Positions 39,166-52,221 are shown, counted from the first letter of the stretch. The stretch is 64,000 nt of DNA from Octopus sinensis (GCF_006345805.1 NC_042997.1:17112001-17176000); one strand, 5' to 3'. Notes: generated by a model from the sequence alone, not told the origin. Numbers and translations are program-made.

Positions 39166-39742
39166 AGAGAGAGAGAGCAAGAGAGAGAAAGAAAGTTAAC
39201 TGTGGAAAGTGATTATTCTGAAAGATGCCAACTAAGAAAATTTATTATGGTGACATAGTTGGCTTTGCTGGATATATTGAGTAACTATTAAGGATAATGG
39301 TTTCCTACTGCTGTGGCATAAAAGTTACAAAATTTATGGCTTAGATTTAAAGTTTGCAGATCTTCCCAAAGTTTAGAACCTGTAAGATTAAAACAAAGAT
39401 TGCACATACTACTTGAACCTTGATCATGAAGCAAAAATTTAAAGACAGACAAATAATACTGAGACAAGATGAAGCTTTTTTTTTTTATCTATTTATGGTT
39501 AAAAATTTTTAGACAGACAAGATATAATAAAACATGACTCAATAATTGCTTTGTAATATATATGTGGGTAAGAAGATTGCTTTGAAAGAAATTACACTGT
39601 TTTGAGTTCAGTCTCACTGCAGATCATCTTGAGTAAGTCTATTCAACTACACATTTGCATTGAAACCAATGAATGAAATTGGTTAGAAACTCTGCTTTCC
39701 CTAAATTTCCTGTTAAACATAGAAATGTCCTATGTGACATAT

Positions 39743-39800
<58 letters not shown>

Positions 39801-40559
39801 TATATATACTATTATTACTATTACCTAATCAGGAAAGAAAAACACTACCCATGATCCTTTGTAGGATCTCTAAGATAGCTGGGACTGAGAAAGAAAAGAA
39901 AATATCTTCAAACAAGAGAATGATTGTAATGATGCGAAATCTGCTCAGGTAGCCAAGGATCAAATGATGGTGTTCAACCAGATGAGGGTTTAGGCCTATC
40001 ACCCGTATGTGTGTGTTTGTGCATGTGAATATGTGTATGTGTGTGTGCATATGTGTCCGCATCTGTCTGTGAGTGATATTTGTTTTATATTCTAATCATG
40101 ATGAATAATTCATTATCTACAAGTAAATGAAAAAATTAGTTTTCCTGAAGATCATAATGATAATCCATCTGTTACTAGAAACTCCTGCAGGCTTTGTCTC
40201 TGAATAATCAAATCTTCCAGGAGTTGAAACGATTGTTGTGCAAACTTTTAAATAAAAAAATACGAGATTCTACTTTTATACTGAGAAATACATGCTAAAG
40301 TAACCTCTGTTGACTGAATCAATTTCAGCAAGGTAAATACATAATATATATATGTGTGTGTGTGTGTGGTGTGTGTGTGTGTGTGTGTGTGTGTCTATAT
40401 ATATTTTCATGTTTATGCATGTATATCTTGGTTTTCAGAATAGGTGCACCATATTGTTGTATGTCATAAGGGTCAATTAAAAGGATGATGTTCTCTTCAG
40501 ATACCATGCCTCTTTATTCTGTTCCAACAACAGTGTGGTTGCTTTCTGAATCTCATACA

Positions 40560-40880
40560 CCACATATTAGTTGGGAAGATTCCCAATGACCTGCTATTTT
40601 GAGGAATTAGTCTATGAGAAGAAATCATCAGGGTGACCTGAACTTATTAACCATGAACTTATTGAACATGGACATTAAATGATAGGATAATATTGTAAAC
40701 ATTAACTTGCATCGATATCTGGAGCCGTTCAAGAGTTTTAAGAAAGGAGATGAGAAGTGGGGTTTAGTAGCTGAGGAACAGTGCAATGAATGAAAGAGTA
40801 CTAGAGGTTGGTGCCTTTACATCCATTCATAGTAACAGAGGCTGTCATATGGGCTTTTATAGTCACTGCAGATACTGATC
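40560..40880 (+). mobile_element. Highly decayed RTE-1-like 3' end
   Basis: GKIPNDLLF/EELVYEKKSSG*PEL..KKGDEKWGLVAEEQ..SNRGCH..FYSH resembles the RTE-1 C-terminus. Confidence 0.5.
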
Positions 40881-41305
40881 CGCTAGTGAGAGTGAAACAA
40901 GACTTTCCAGGTGCAGATCCATAGTCTTGCAAAACTAACAGAGTCTGTAGTAATACACATGTGCATGCATACATTTGTGAGTGCATGGATGTGTTTGTGA
41001 GAGTGAATGTGTGCATATGTGAGTGCGTGTGTGTGCACAGTGATGTTTATAAGAAGAAAAGAAAATGAGAGTGAAATTTGATACCACCACATTATCTAAA
41101 TGTGGTATTAAAGAAAAGCATTATATAGGGAGGTGTTAAATAAAGTATTGAATATTTAGGTGTTAAAATAAAACTATCCAATTAAGTGTAAAACATGAAA
41201 TACACTGCACAGTAAGGTGTTATTTAAAAAATTATATAGTGATATTTAAAAATTAGATGAATGACAAACATATACTAACACTGCATATCTGTATATAAGA
41301 AGGAT

Positions 41306-41353
<48 letters not shown>

Positions 41354-41794
41354 CACACACACACAAAATATTCTATAATTATATTCATAATTATAATCAG
41401 GGGTCAGTTAAATGCCTCGCCACGTACTGAATTAGAAATAGATGCTAATGTCTTTTCAACTAGCATAAAAATCTTTGAGACACACTTTTTTTATGTAGGC
41501 AAAAGGAAAAATGATGAGTCCATACGACTTTTGTTAATCACATATATATATATATATATGCAGTGGGTGAAAGAGAGAGAGGGAGTGAAAGAAGACAGGA
41601 AGAGAAAGAAATACATAATAAAAGATTTTTGTATAGAGTTAAACAAGGGAAAAATACTGAACATCAGTAGTAAATTACACACACACATATCTTTGCATAT
41701 GTGTGTATTTATAAGAGTTTGGCTTTAGAATTTCAAAGCTACATGACTAGAGTATATACCAGCTGAAGGTAATCTTCAGATAAATATGCTTGTC

Positions 41795-41930
41795 ATTGTC
41801 ACTACTATTATCATTAAATGTCCATTTCCCTTGTTGGTATAGGTTGGATAGTTTGACAGGATCTGGGAAGCTGCAAGGCTATTCAAGTTCCAGTATCAGC
41901 TTTGGCATGGTTTTGAGGCAGGAGTGCCTT
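41795..41930 (-). mobile_element. RTE family 1 3' tail, decayed
   Basis: aaaccatgccaaagctgatactgg..gtcaaactatccaacctatacc..ggacatttaatgataat matches the other tail copies. Confidence 0.65.
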
Positions 41931-42405
41931 ACAAATCTTCACTTTGACACAAATAGATTGGATTTGGAGAATCTGCATCAGTTTCTTTTGCTCTTTCTCT
42001 GTGAAATTGAGCGTTACTAGGTTTTTGGACAAATTTTTTGGTACATAACCTAATGCACCTATGATGATGGGTGGAAATGAGAGTTCATAGTCAGGGTACA
42101 AGAGCTGTAAGCTCTGCATTAATTTGCCATAAGTGTTCTCTTTTTCCTGGGCCTTTGACTGTAAAGTCATGTCTGCTGAGCAGCTGACCTCTACAGCAGT
42201 GCATGACATTTGTTCCCTGTCCCATAGAACAATATCAGGTCAGTTATGTTTGCACTGAATTGATGTCTTTATTGGGGTGTTCTACCAGTATTCCTTGTTT
42301 TTAAAGGTGTGAATACGTGCTGCTTCTGACATGCCTTTGATGTATACATCAGAGCGGGCCTTCCTATGGATAGCATTATAAATAGTCTTTGCAACTATAT
42401 CATAC
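41930..42405 (-). mobile_element. RLE-type non-LTR retrotransposon C-terminal fragment (R4/Dong/NeSL-like)
   Basis: YIPLRYDIVAKTIYNAI..KEYW*NTPIKTSIQCKHN*PDIVLWDREQMSCTAVEVSCSAD..KENTYGKLMQSLQLLYPDY..PIIIGALGYVPK. Contains an RHD-like motif and a PD-(D/E)xK-type nuclease motif. Confidence 0.85.
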
Positions 42406-42499
42406 CTCAGGGGAATGTATTTGTGTATGTTTGTGTATGTATTTATCTATCTGTCTGTCTGTCTGTCTATGTATGCATGCATGTATGTATGTATGTATG

Positions 42500-42506
42500 T
42501 ATTATG

Positions 42507-42567
<61 letters not shown>

Positions 42568-42570
42568 GTC
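42500..42570. repeat. (TATC)n microsatellite
   Basis: Directly visible. Confidence 0.95.
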
Positions 42571-43835
42571 TGTCTGTATATCTATAATCTGTCTGTTTGT
42601 CTGCCTTTTGCTTTCTCTCTCTTTTCTCATTATATTTATGCATATCTATATATATTGGTTTGACAAGAAAATTGTTAACAGTGACTTCAAAGTTTTGGCT
42701 TAGTTTTCTACATTAGACTGTAAATTACTTTTGGTGTTTCAAGCTTTATATATACTTCAGTTGGGTGCTTTAATGTGCTTGAAAAGTAAATTTAGTAGAA
42801 TAGTGCAATTTTGTGTGACGCAAAAAGAAATATCATTTGGAATAATTTAATTGGGTAAGTGAAGACAATTTGTGGGAGAAAGAAGTAGTAGACTATGAAG
42901 AGAGAGGAGAGGAGAATGAGAGAAAGAAGAAGGGGAAGAAAGTGTTTAAGGCTGGTAATGGGAAGGAATGGGAGAATGGAAGAGTAACTGTGGTAAAACA
43001 GATTGTGGTAGCTTTGTTGAATATAGGGGGATACTGTTAAAGTTAAATATATGTAGTGTGGAAAATTAGTGGTTGCATTTTGTTATTGTTTGAGTTAATT
43101 CAAGTATATATTTAAATAAATGGGTCAGAGATTAGGTTCCTTTAGAAACACAGGTGAAATATGGTCAAAGTTAATGGTTTGTGTTGAAATATAACATTCA
43201 AGTATACGCTCAAATGAGTAAGAGCTATATTTTAAAGTACTAGATTAGTAGATAAAGAAGGATGTTATTGTTTGGTACTTGTGTAACTCTTCCATCACTG
43301 GCAGATAAAGTTGCTCCACCAACTAGATGAACCTAATAGAATATATAAAGCTTGGAAAACCAAAGAGTCTGACAAAAGTAAATATGCTGAAACTTCAAAG
43401 TTGTCTTTGTGAAAGCAAAATATGATATTCTATTTTAAGTTATTAAATGATCATTCACTTAATGTTTGATTACTATATATTTGTATATATAAAATCATAT
43501 GAATACATAAAAACACATATGTATACACATACATGCATTCATATATATATATGTGTGTGTGTATATATATATACAAATATAAGCACACATATATATATGC
43601 ATATGCATATATATGAATACATATTTAATAATATATATGTGCATATGTATACAGGTACACACACACATATATAAATATATACATAGATCTCTCTCCCCCT
43701 CCCCTCTCTCTGTGTATATGTATGTATATATATTTATATGTAGATACATAAATAGATATTTATACATGTGTAGATTTATGTAAATATGTACATATATGTA
43801 TAAACATACATACATGTATGCACATGCATACATAT

Positions 43836-43860
43836 ATGAATAATAATAATGATAATAATG

Positions 43861-43927
<67 letters not shown>

Positions 43928-43937
43928 TAATAATAAT
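43836..43937. repeat. (AAT)n microsatellite
   Basis: Directly visible. Confidence 0.95.
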
Positions 43938-45052
43938 ATAGATACACATATATGCATGAAGTGTTCTATTTTGCCTTTGACAGCAAAATATATGAGTATA
44001 TAAACTGTCCATTTAAAATATAAATATACTCATACTTGCACACACAAACACAAGCACATATATATTAACAATATATTTTGCTGTCGAATTTGAAATAATA
44101 TATCTGTGTATTGATAAATGATGGTACATATTTGAGTGAATCAGAAATGTCTAAAATGCAAAGGTTTATGAAGAGTGTCATATTTAAATTAAAATGGAAT
44201 GGATAGATTGTTTTGTTTTATAACTATTTTTGTGCATTTCACAGACATACCCTTTATGTTTGTTCATTCATTTCATGTCCATTTTTTATACTTTAATAGA
44301 ATGGACAAATATGTTTTCAAGGCATTGGTTTACAGCTGGATGCCCTTTCTGATACTAGCCTTTACTAGTTTCAAGTGATGGCTCAATTATTCCACATAGC
44401 ATTGAAGGCAGGAAGTGCATGGATGATCCATTGACAGGAGAAACCAACAACAATACAAACTGCTGCACTCTTGTACAAACAATTTCATGTTCTTGAAGTT
44501 TCTAAATTCTCATGATGTCAACTGCATCTGGTTCTTGCTGGTAAGAATAAAGTTTCTTAAAATGAATAGAGAAATTCAAAAGATCGCTTTAGTCCAATGA
44601 CAGATTAGTTGTCATCTCTACAGGAAGAGCAAATTTAAGACCCACAGGTAGGTTTTGACTCTTCCTATCCAAGGGTTTTCAAACCAATATTTACATGCTA
44701 TTATTGATAGTTTGTCTACTTTGAGATTCACCATTCAAAAAAAAAAAAGTTTATCTTACATTCTCAGTGTTTCTAAATTCTTATGACATCAACTATGTGT
44801 GTGTGTGTGTGTGTGGTGTGTCTGTGCCAGTCTTCTTTCAGGTTTTCTACAAAATCCACTCACAAGGTTTTGCACAGCTTAGGGATATAGTTAAAGGCAC
44901 TTGTCCAAAATGCTGTGCCATGGGGTCAGATCTGAAACTATGTGGTTGGGAAGGATAAACATACATAAATGTGTGTGTGTGCATGTGAGTGTGTGTGAAC
45001 TGTGACTGTCACTCATAATTGTAATCGAAGATGACTTGGCATCAGCCTTTAC

Positions 45053-45139
45053 CATGCTCTCTAAACCTTCCCACACATATTCTGGAGTAACATCCAGGAT
45101 GTGACAGCCAAAAGAAGAGAGGGCTGCATCAGGACTCAG
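45053..45139 (-). CDS. Candidate symmetric exon (LSPDAALSSFGCHILDVTPEYVWEGLESM)
   Basis: Acceptor ..gaggtttccag and donor ATG|gtaaag; 87 nt, phase 0-0; non-repetitive composition; no recognised homology. Confidence 0.22.
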
Positions 45140-45737
45140 CTGGAAACCTCCAAAGAGATGTAAGATGAGATGACAAAATTTTGATAGAGACTTAGTTGTT
45201 AATTTAGCATGCCATTTGGTCTCAGAATGAAAAGATTTATAACAGTTACTAGAAATCATTTTTTCTGATGCTCTAATAATTATGCCAATTCACAATTAAT
45301 AATAATACCAAAAGAAAATAACCTTTATGTCTACAAACTTATCTAGAAGTTTACATACTTTTTCACTTTGTAGTACACTGGATATCAAATAAAAAATAAT
45401 TTTGGTTCACTTTGTATGGAAAATGAAAAGTTGCTGCATGTAGAAAAATATAAACTGGACTAAGGACTAAGTCTACTTTTCTACACAATTTCAACTAAAT
45501 GATTGGGTCTCAAATGGTAAAAGCAATGTGTGGCATGTGTTTTTGAAAAATATTTAAAACTTTAGAAAATTCATGTTTTGGAAAGTGGATTAGTCATAAT
45601 TTTGCTATGTATGATTGTATGATTAATAAAACAATGTATGAATGTATGATTAATAAAACAATGTATTAATGCTCTTTTTGACTTCTGTCATTGTGTTAGT
45701 GTTTTGGCCCAGCACAAAATAATGTATTAGTATGTTT

Positions 45738-46345
45738 GCATGTGGTTAGAAGCTTGCTTCCTAGCCACATGGTTCCAGGTTGTTCTACTGCATGGCACCT
45801 TTGACATGTGTTTTCTATTATAGCCTCAGACTAAATAAAGCTTTGTGAGTGGATTTGGTAGATGGAAACTGAAAGAAGCTTCTCATGTATGTATGTATAT
45901 ATATATATACATATATATAAATATATATATATATGTGTGTGTATATGTATGTATAGTTGAAATTTATAGGAAAACAAAAGATGAAGACAGGTGCATGAAC
46001 AACAAGCAAGTGTATTAGTTTTGATGCTCAGGAGAAATGAAAAGATCTTTTATATTTCAAGGCTACACTCGTCAACAAAAAGGAACAAGAGGAAATAAAC
46101 AGAGAGAGAATGAAAAAAACCATGTAGAGTTCAGTGGTTTAGTGTGTGTGTCTTTGTGTCAGCGTTTTCACCACACAACACCACTTGACAACTGGTTTTG
46201 GTTGTGTTTCGTCCTCATAACTTAGTGGTTCAGCAAAAGAAACCAGTAAAATAAGTACTAGGCTTAACAAATAAGTCCCAGGCTCAATTTGTTCAACTAA
46301 AACCCTCCAAAGTAGTGCTTCAGTATGGCCACAATCAAATGACTG
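45738..46345 (+). mobile_element. SINE family B split by an insertion at about 45956-46138
   Basis: Head 45738-45888, microsatellite, unrelated ~180-bp segment, then the tail resumes (cacttgacaactgg..tcaaatgactgaaaca). Confidence 0.75.
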
Positions 46346-46652
46346 AAACATATAAAAGAATAAAAGAATCTTATATATATATACACCTCACTCTCTATAT
46401 TGTATCACATCTAAACTAACTATGACTTAACTATCCTCTCACACTGTCTCCAATGAAGGGATATTATTAGTAAATATCCTAGAAACAGCTGTAAGACCTT
46501 CTATCTATCATCATCATTATCCTCATCATCGTTGTTTAATGTCTGCTTTCCATGCTAGCATGGGTAAATGCTCTAATATCTATACAGCCTTGGTTTTTAT
46601 CTTATTACGCAAAATATATATATATATATATATACTTATATACATGTATAGA

Positions 46653-46694
<42 letters not shown>

Positions 46695-47535
46695 AATACT
46701 ACAGATGTATTCTAAAGGGAACAAAATAAATAGCTTAAGTCCACTTTGCTGCTTCTCTACTAATATTCATATGTATTTTAACTAATAAAATAATAATGAA
46801 ACTGTTGTATACTGTGCTCAAGTGCACTACAACTAAAAACAAACAAAAAAAATTCATATATATGCTGTTATGCTGTACGTAACCTGGCTCAATACTGGTT
46901 GAAACCTTTCAGTATCATGCGTTGGTGAACATAAATACAAACATGCACACATATATATGCAACATACATCATACTTCTAAGTAAGTAAAACACTATAAAA
47001 TTTCATTTGATAACTTTACTATATTATTTCAGTATATGTGCATTTATATACATACACACAGAGACACATATATTCATATCATGATTATGTTTATGGTGAG
47101 ATATGTATAGTTGTCAATACCAACATATACACAAGTATGCACACACATATCCACACATACAGACACACAAACGTGTATGTATGCTTCAGAGCTTATATAT
47201 AAGAAAATAGCTATATTGGTTTATCAGACAAATGACAAGAAAATTCTTCTGCAGCCATTGCTAGAATATCTATCTGCTCATTTCTAGAGTAGCAAAAAGA
47301 TTTACTGAAGAATATTTTTTCTTATAAGAGATTTCTTTTTGGCTTTTCAGTATAGATAGTAGCAAACAGTGGAAAGAACCAATAGCTGGGATGGAATCAG
47401 GATTTTACAGTTGCTACAGGAACCTGATTTCCCAAGAGAAAACCATATGTGATTGGCACCAGAAAGATATATCCCCTCTGTTTAATCTCTGACTCAGTTT
47501 TCTTCAATGGACATTAATCATTTCTTGTATGACAG

Positions 47536-47652
47536 CATGTTGCCACTGTTACTGCTTCCTCCACCTCACCAACACCAGCATGCAAAAATATACAGCAGCA
47601 ACATAAACAAAAAAAGAAATCGCCTAGTTTTATAGGAATGGAATATTTTCTG
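47536..47652 (+). CDS. Candidate symmetric exon (HVATVTASSTSPTP..KKKSPSFIGMEYFL)
   Basis: Acceptor tttcttgtatgacag and donor CTG|gttagt; 117 nt, phase 0-0; no recognised homology. Confidence 0.17.
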
Positions 47653-47849
47653 GTTAGTTGCTTGCTTTTATATTTCACCCTGATCTTTTGATCTTCAATG
47701 AATAAACTGGGTTCTTCAAGAAATAAATGAAAAGGTATCAACTACCTACAGTTTTTGAGGGTTAGATTGTTATTATACAAACCTTTGACTCTGAATATAT
47801 ACTCTTGTGCATGCGCATGCGTGTATGTGCATTTATATATATATATATA

Positions 47850-48216
47850 TCTCTCTATATATAAACGGCAGTTTGTCTGTGCGTGTTTCTGTGTGTCTGT
47901 TTGCTTGTACCCTCACCCTGACCACGGCTTTCAACCGATTCTGATGAAACTTGACACACACATAGCCCAATGTCATAATTCAAAACTAACGCAGCGAAAA
48001 TTTTGAAAAGTTTCCCCAGTTCTGAAAAAAATCGATAAAATCGACATGGGGTCGAGAATCAGAAACAAACCACAGACTGTCTAGGGGACGCAACTAAACC
48101 TTTTTAACTCAAAAAAAATTTACCATCATTTTTTTGCTATTTTTTGGCTATAACTCTCTAAAATGCTTTATAGTTATTTCCCTTACAAACCTGAGCAACG
48201 CCGGCGATACTGCTAG
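47850..48216 (+). mobile_element. Non-autonomous Helitron-like element
   Basis: A|TC start (tctctctatatataaacggcag), ends CTAG|T; GC palindrome CGCCGGCG at 48199-48206 just upstream; CpGs retained; no TSD. Confidence 0.7.
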
Positions 48217-48951
48217 TATATATATATATGTGTGTGTAAAACGGTTCTGTGGTGCAGCAGTTCACTTTGTAATCATGTGGTTTGGGTTTATTCCTATTGT
48301 GTGATGGTGAAAGTATTCTACTATGGGCTTATGCTGACTAATGCTTAATGCTTTGTGAATAGAGCTAGTGGAACTGGTTAGCAGAAACTGTAGGAAGTCC
48401 ATCATATACAGAGCAAATAAGTGACATTATAGCATAAATATGACTTTCACTAATTGTTTAAGGTGCTTATGTAGTCACAATCAAACATAAACACTCCTGA
48501 CTTTCTTTCTTTGACTTGATAGCAAATATGATAGAAAGAGAAAGAGGGAGAGCTCAACCAAGACTCAGCTGGTGTTCATTTTTTGCACTATCTATATGAT
48601 TGTATATTTGTTAAGAATCTGCCACAAAATATGTGTTGTCACTGAGCAGTAGAATTTTAAATGGAAAAAATGAGTGTTGGAGTTAAGTGGAGTATCTAGC
48701 CATAAATAAACTGCCATTACAAGTCTCACTTAACCTATGATATGAGTTAAATGAAACTTACTAAAAAGATGCTAGCTATGATATATATATATAGATAGAT
48801 AGATGTACAGATATAGATAGATATCTATATATCTATCTATATAGATATATAGATAGATAGATATACATAGAGGGAGAAAGAGATAGAGAGAGAGGTGTAT
48901 ATTTATCATTGTTAAAACATATTCAAGAACGATGATGATGATGATATATAT

Positions 48952-49028
<77 letters not shown>

Positions 49029-49789
49029 GTATATATTCATATACGGAGAAAAAGAGAAAAATCAACCAGCTTGATCACTAAGTGTATGCCAATACTATTA
49101 TCAGGGTATAAAGATCATAGTATTAGATATGAAGCAACAAGAAAGTCTCTTCGCAACCACTCAAAGGGTTGACCTGCTTGAAGTTGTGGGCAGGATACAC
49201 TGGACAATGTAGTTATTGATAATATGCTAAAAAATCGGGTTGTTCATATCTGTGAGGTCTTCAAACAAAGGTTTTATTGATCAAGGCTGATCTAGACTAA
49301 GCAGCAATGCTGTCACCCCCAACAACATCAACATAAAAAACAACAACCGTGCCTGATATAGAATATACTTTCAGTCTGGCCTTCTAATATATTTTTGCTC
49401 TATCTACTCACCATTATGTGTACTATATATACCTAATATCCATTTTTATTACATATGCTCAAGTTTATATTATAATATATAGCATAATACTTGTTCCAGC
49501 CAGTTGGCGGCAATCATTTCCTAAAAATAATTAAAATTCCTCTTAGAATTTGAATAATTAAACATAACCCTAATAATGACGACAGAATATCTGTAAATAA
49601 ATATGTGATAGATGGTAAATTAATTAATGCATCATTTGTTAATGAGTTCTGTAAATAGATCTATGCCTATATTTAAATATTCATAATAGCTTTCCCACAG
49701 TAATAACAAATATTTATCACATTAATCAAAATAAAAATAATTGCTTACACACACACACACACACACACACATTTATATATATATATATA

Positions 49790-49831
<42 letters not shown>

Positions 49832-49946
49832 TATGTCAGTATATCATATTTTTATCTGTGTAAGTGTTGATACATATATGTACATATACATATGTATGCA
49901 AATGTGTATGTGTGTGTGTGTATGTATGTATGTATATATATATATA

Positions 49947-49986
<40 letters not shown>

Positions 49987-50222
49987 TACATATAAATTGA
50001 AAGTAAACTCAGGAGAAACAAACCATGATATTTTAATGTAGACATCTTTATATGCCATGGACAAAGTTTATATTGAAAAACAGTGCAGCATCTACAGCTT
50101 AAGATCTGAATACATGAATATATATATATATATAAAATTGATTAAAATGTTTGTGCCTTGAGTAAAATTGAGTTCCAGCATTTCAAGTAGAATTTCCTTA
50201 GAGGAAAATGAGTATATATATA

Positions 50223-50280
<58 letters not shown>

Positions 50281-50281
<1 letters not shown>

Positions 50282-50528
50282 CTAAAAAGCACCATCCGAT
50301 CGTGGCCGTTTGCCAGACTCATCTGGCACCTGTACCGGTGGCACGTAAAAAGCACCCACTACACTCATGGAGTGGTTGGCGTTAGGAAGGGCATCCAGCC
50401 GTAGAAACATTGCAAGATCAAACTGGGCCTGGTGCAGCCTTTTGGCTTCCCAGACCCCAGTTGAACCGTCTGACCCATGCTAGCATGGAAAGCGGACGCT
50501 AAACGACGATGATGATGATGATGATGAT
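50281..50528 (+). mobile_element. RTE family 1 3' tail
   Basis: ggtggcacgtaaaaagcaccc..ccatgctagcatggaaagcggacgctaaacgacgatgatgat. Confidence 0.85.
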
Positions 50529-50537
50529 ATATATATA

Positions 50538-50568
<31 letters not shown>

Positions 50569-50569
50569 C

Positions 50570-50605
<36 letters not shown>

Positions 50606-50680
50606 TTATACACACATACATTTATATACATAAGTATATATATATTATATATACTTACATATATTTTATATGTATTTATG

Positions 50681-50705
<25 letters not shown>

Positions 50706-50711
<6 letters not shown>

Positions 50712-51770
50712 TATCATCATCATTTAACATCTGATGTCCATGCTGACATGGGTTGGATGGTTTGACCGGGCTGGCAAGCTGGAAGGCTGCACCAAGCTCC
50801 AGTCTGATTTGGCATGGTTTTCTACAGCTAGATGCTCCTCCTAATGCCAATCCCTCTGAGATGGGTGCTTTTACATGCCACTGGCATGGGTGCCAGTTTG
50901 CATGACTCTGGTATCTGCCATGACTGCAATTTTGCTTGGCTGCATGAGTCTTTTTTTCAAGCACAGCATAATGCCAAAGGTCTTAGTCATTGCCTCCATG
51001 AAGCCCAACACTTGAAAGGAATTCAGCCATGTTGCCTCCATGAGGCCCAATGCTCAAAAGGAATTCAGCCATTTTGCCTCCATGAGGCTAAATGCTTGAA
51101 ATGTGTTCTTTATGTGCCTCCAGCATGGGTGCACTTGGCTTGATGGGTCTTCTCAAGTACAGCACATCACCAAAGGTTTTGGTCGTTTGTCATTGCCTCT
51201 GTGAGGCTTAAAGTTGAAAGGTTATGCTTCACCACCTCGTCCCATGTCTTCCTGGGTCTACCTCTACCATAGGTTCCCTCCACAGTCAGAGATTGGCACT
51301 TCTTTACACAGCTATCCTTGTGTATATGCATCACATGACCATATCAGTGCAGTCGTCTCCTTGCACACCACATCTGATGCTCCTTATGCCTAACTTTTCT
51401 CTCAAGATGCATACATTTTGTCGAACATGCACACTGACATTGCACATCTAGTGAATCATACTTGCTTCATTTCTTTCAAGCTTATGCATGTCTTACTACC
51501 ATGCAGTGTAGCTATTCATACACAGGCATCAAACAATCTCCCTTTCATTCTGAAAGAGAAGCCTTTGTTGCCAGCAGGAGTAAGACCTCTCTAAACTTTA
51601 CCCAGCCTAATCTTATTTTCACAGCTATGCTCTCAGAATATCTGCTTCCACTACTAACTTGGTCCCCTAGATAACAGAAGCTATCTACTACTTCTAGCTT
51701 GCCTGTCTGGCAGTTGATGGAGTCTATTTTGTGCACATTTTCAGTGTTTATTGTACCCATAGTACAATAA
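50706..51770 (-). mobile_element. RTE family 1 3' kilobase (RT C-terminus, 3' UTR, (GAT)n tail)
   Basis: KLEVVDSFCYLGDQVSSG..KIRLGWVKFREVLLLL..GRLFDACV; the 3' UTR ends in the same tail as the short dispersed copies. Confidence 0.9.
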
Positions 51771-51814
51771 AGGCTGGTGCAATAAAAGCTACATTTATAT
51801 ATATATATATACTC

Positions 51815-51970
51815 ACGGAGTAGTTGGCGTTAGGAAGGGAATCCAACTGTAGAAACACTACCAGATCAGACTGGAGCCTGGTGCAGCTTCCTGGCTTTCC
51901 AGACCCTGGTTGAACCGTCCAACCCATGCTAGCACTGAAAACTGACGCTAAACGATGATGATGATGATGA
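51815..51970 (+). mobile_element. RTE family 1 3' tail
   Basis: ggcgttaggaaggg..aacccatgctagcactgaaaactgacgctaaacgatgatgat. Confidence 0.85.
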
Positions 51971-51984
51971 TATGTATATCTCAC

Positions 51985-52019
<35 letters not shown>

Positions 52020-52178
52020 TCATCATCGTCGTTTAACGTCCGTTCTCCATGCTAGCATGGGTTGACATACATATGTATATTGTGGTATTTGGGGATGGCC
52101 AGTTTAGCCAATGAAAACACACACACTATATATTTGGTTTTCACTTGCTTCAGCTTTATTTTATATTAATTGCATTTT

Positions 52179-52221
52179 GGCCAGAATTCTTGTCACACTT
52201 CTGTGACTTCATCAGTGGTCC
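52179..52221 (-). ncRNA. Hammerhead-like motif, left arm (GAAA damaged)
   Basis: ggacca-CTGATGA-A-GTCACA-gaag-TGTGAC-AA-gaaTTC-tggcc. Stem II is perfect; the GAAA box lacks two bases. Confidence 0.45.

Noticed and set aside
43830-43940. Poly-N/poly-I/poly-Y/poly-L ORFs
   Set aside because: Six-frame translations of an (AAT)n microsatellite.
44618-44665. 24-nt + strand micro-exon (ctacag|GAAGAGC..CACAG|gtaggt)
   Set aside because: Good splice sites but no supporting neighbouring exons; cannot be told from chance.
47938-47960. CTGATGAAAC in the Helitron as a hammerhead
   Set aside because: No room for stem II between the two boxes.
49500-49730. TAAT/ATTA-rich block as a homeodomain enhancer
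   Set aside because: Such words are expected at this AT content; conservation data would be needed.
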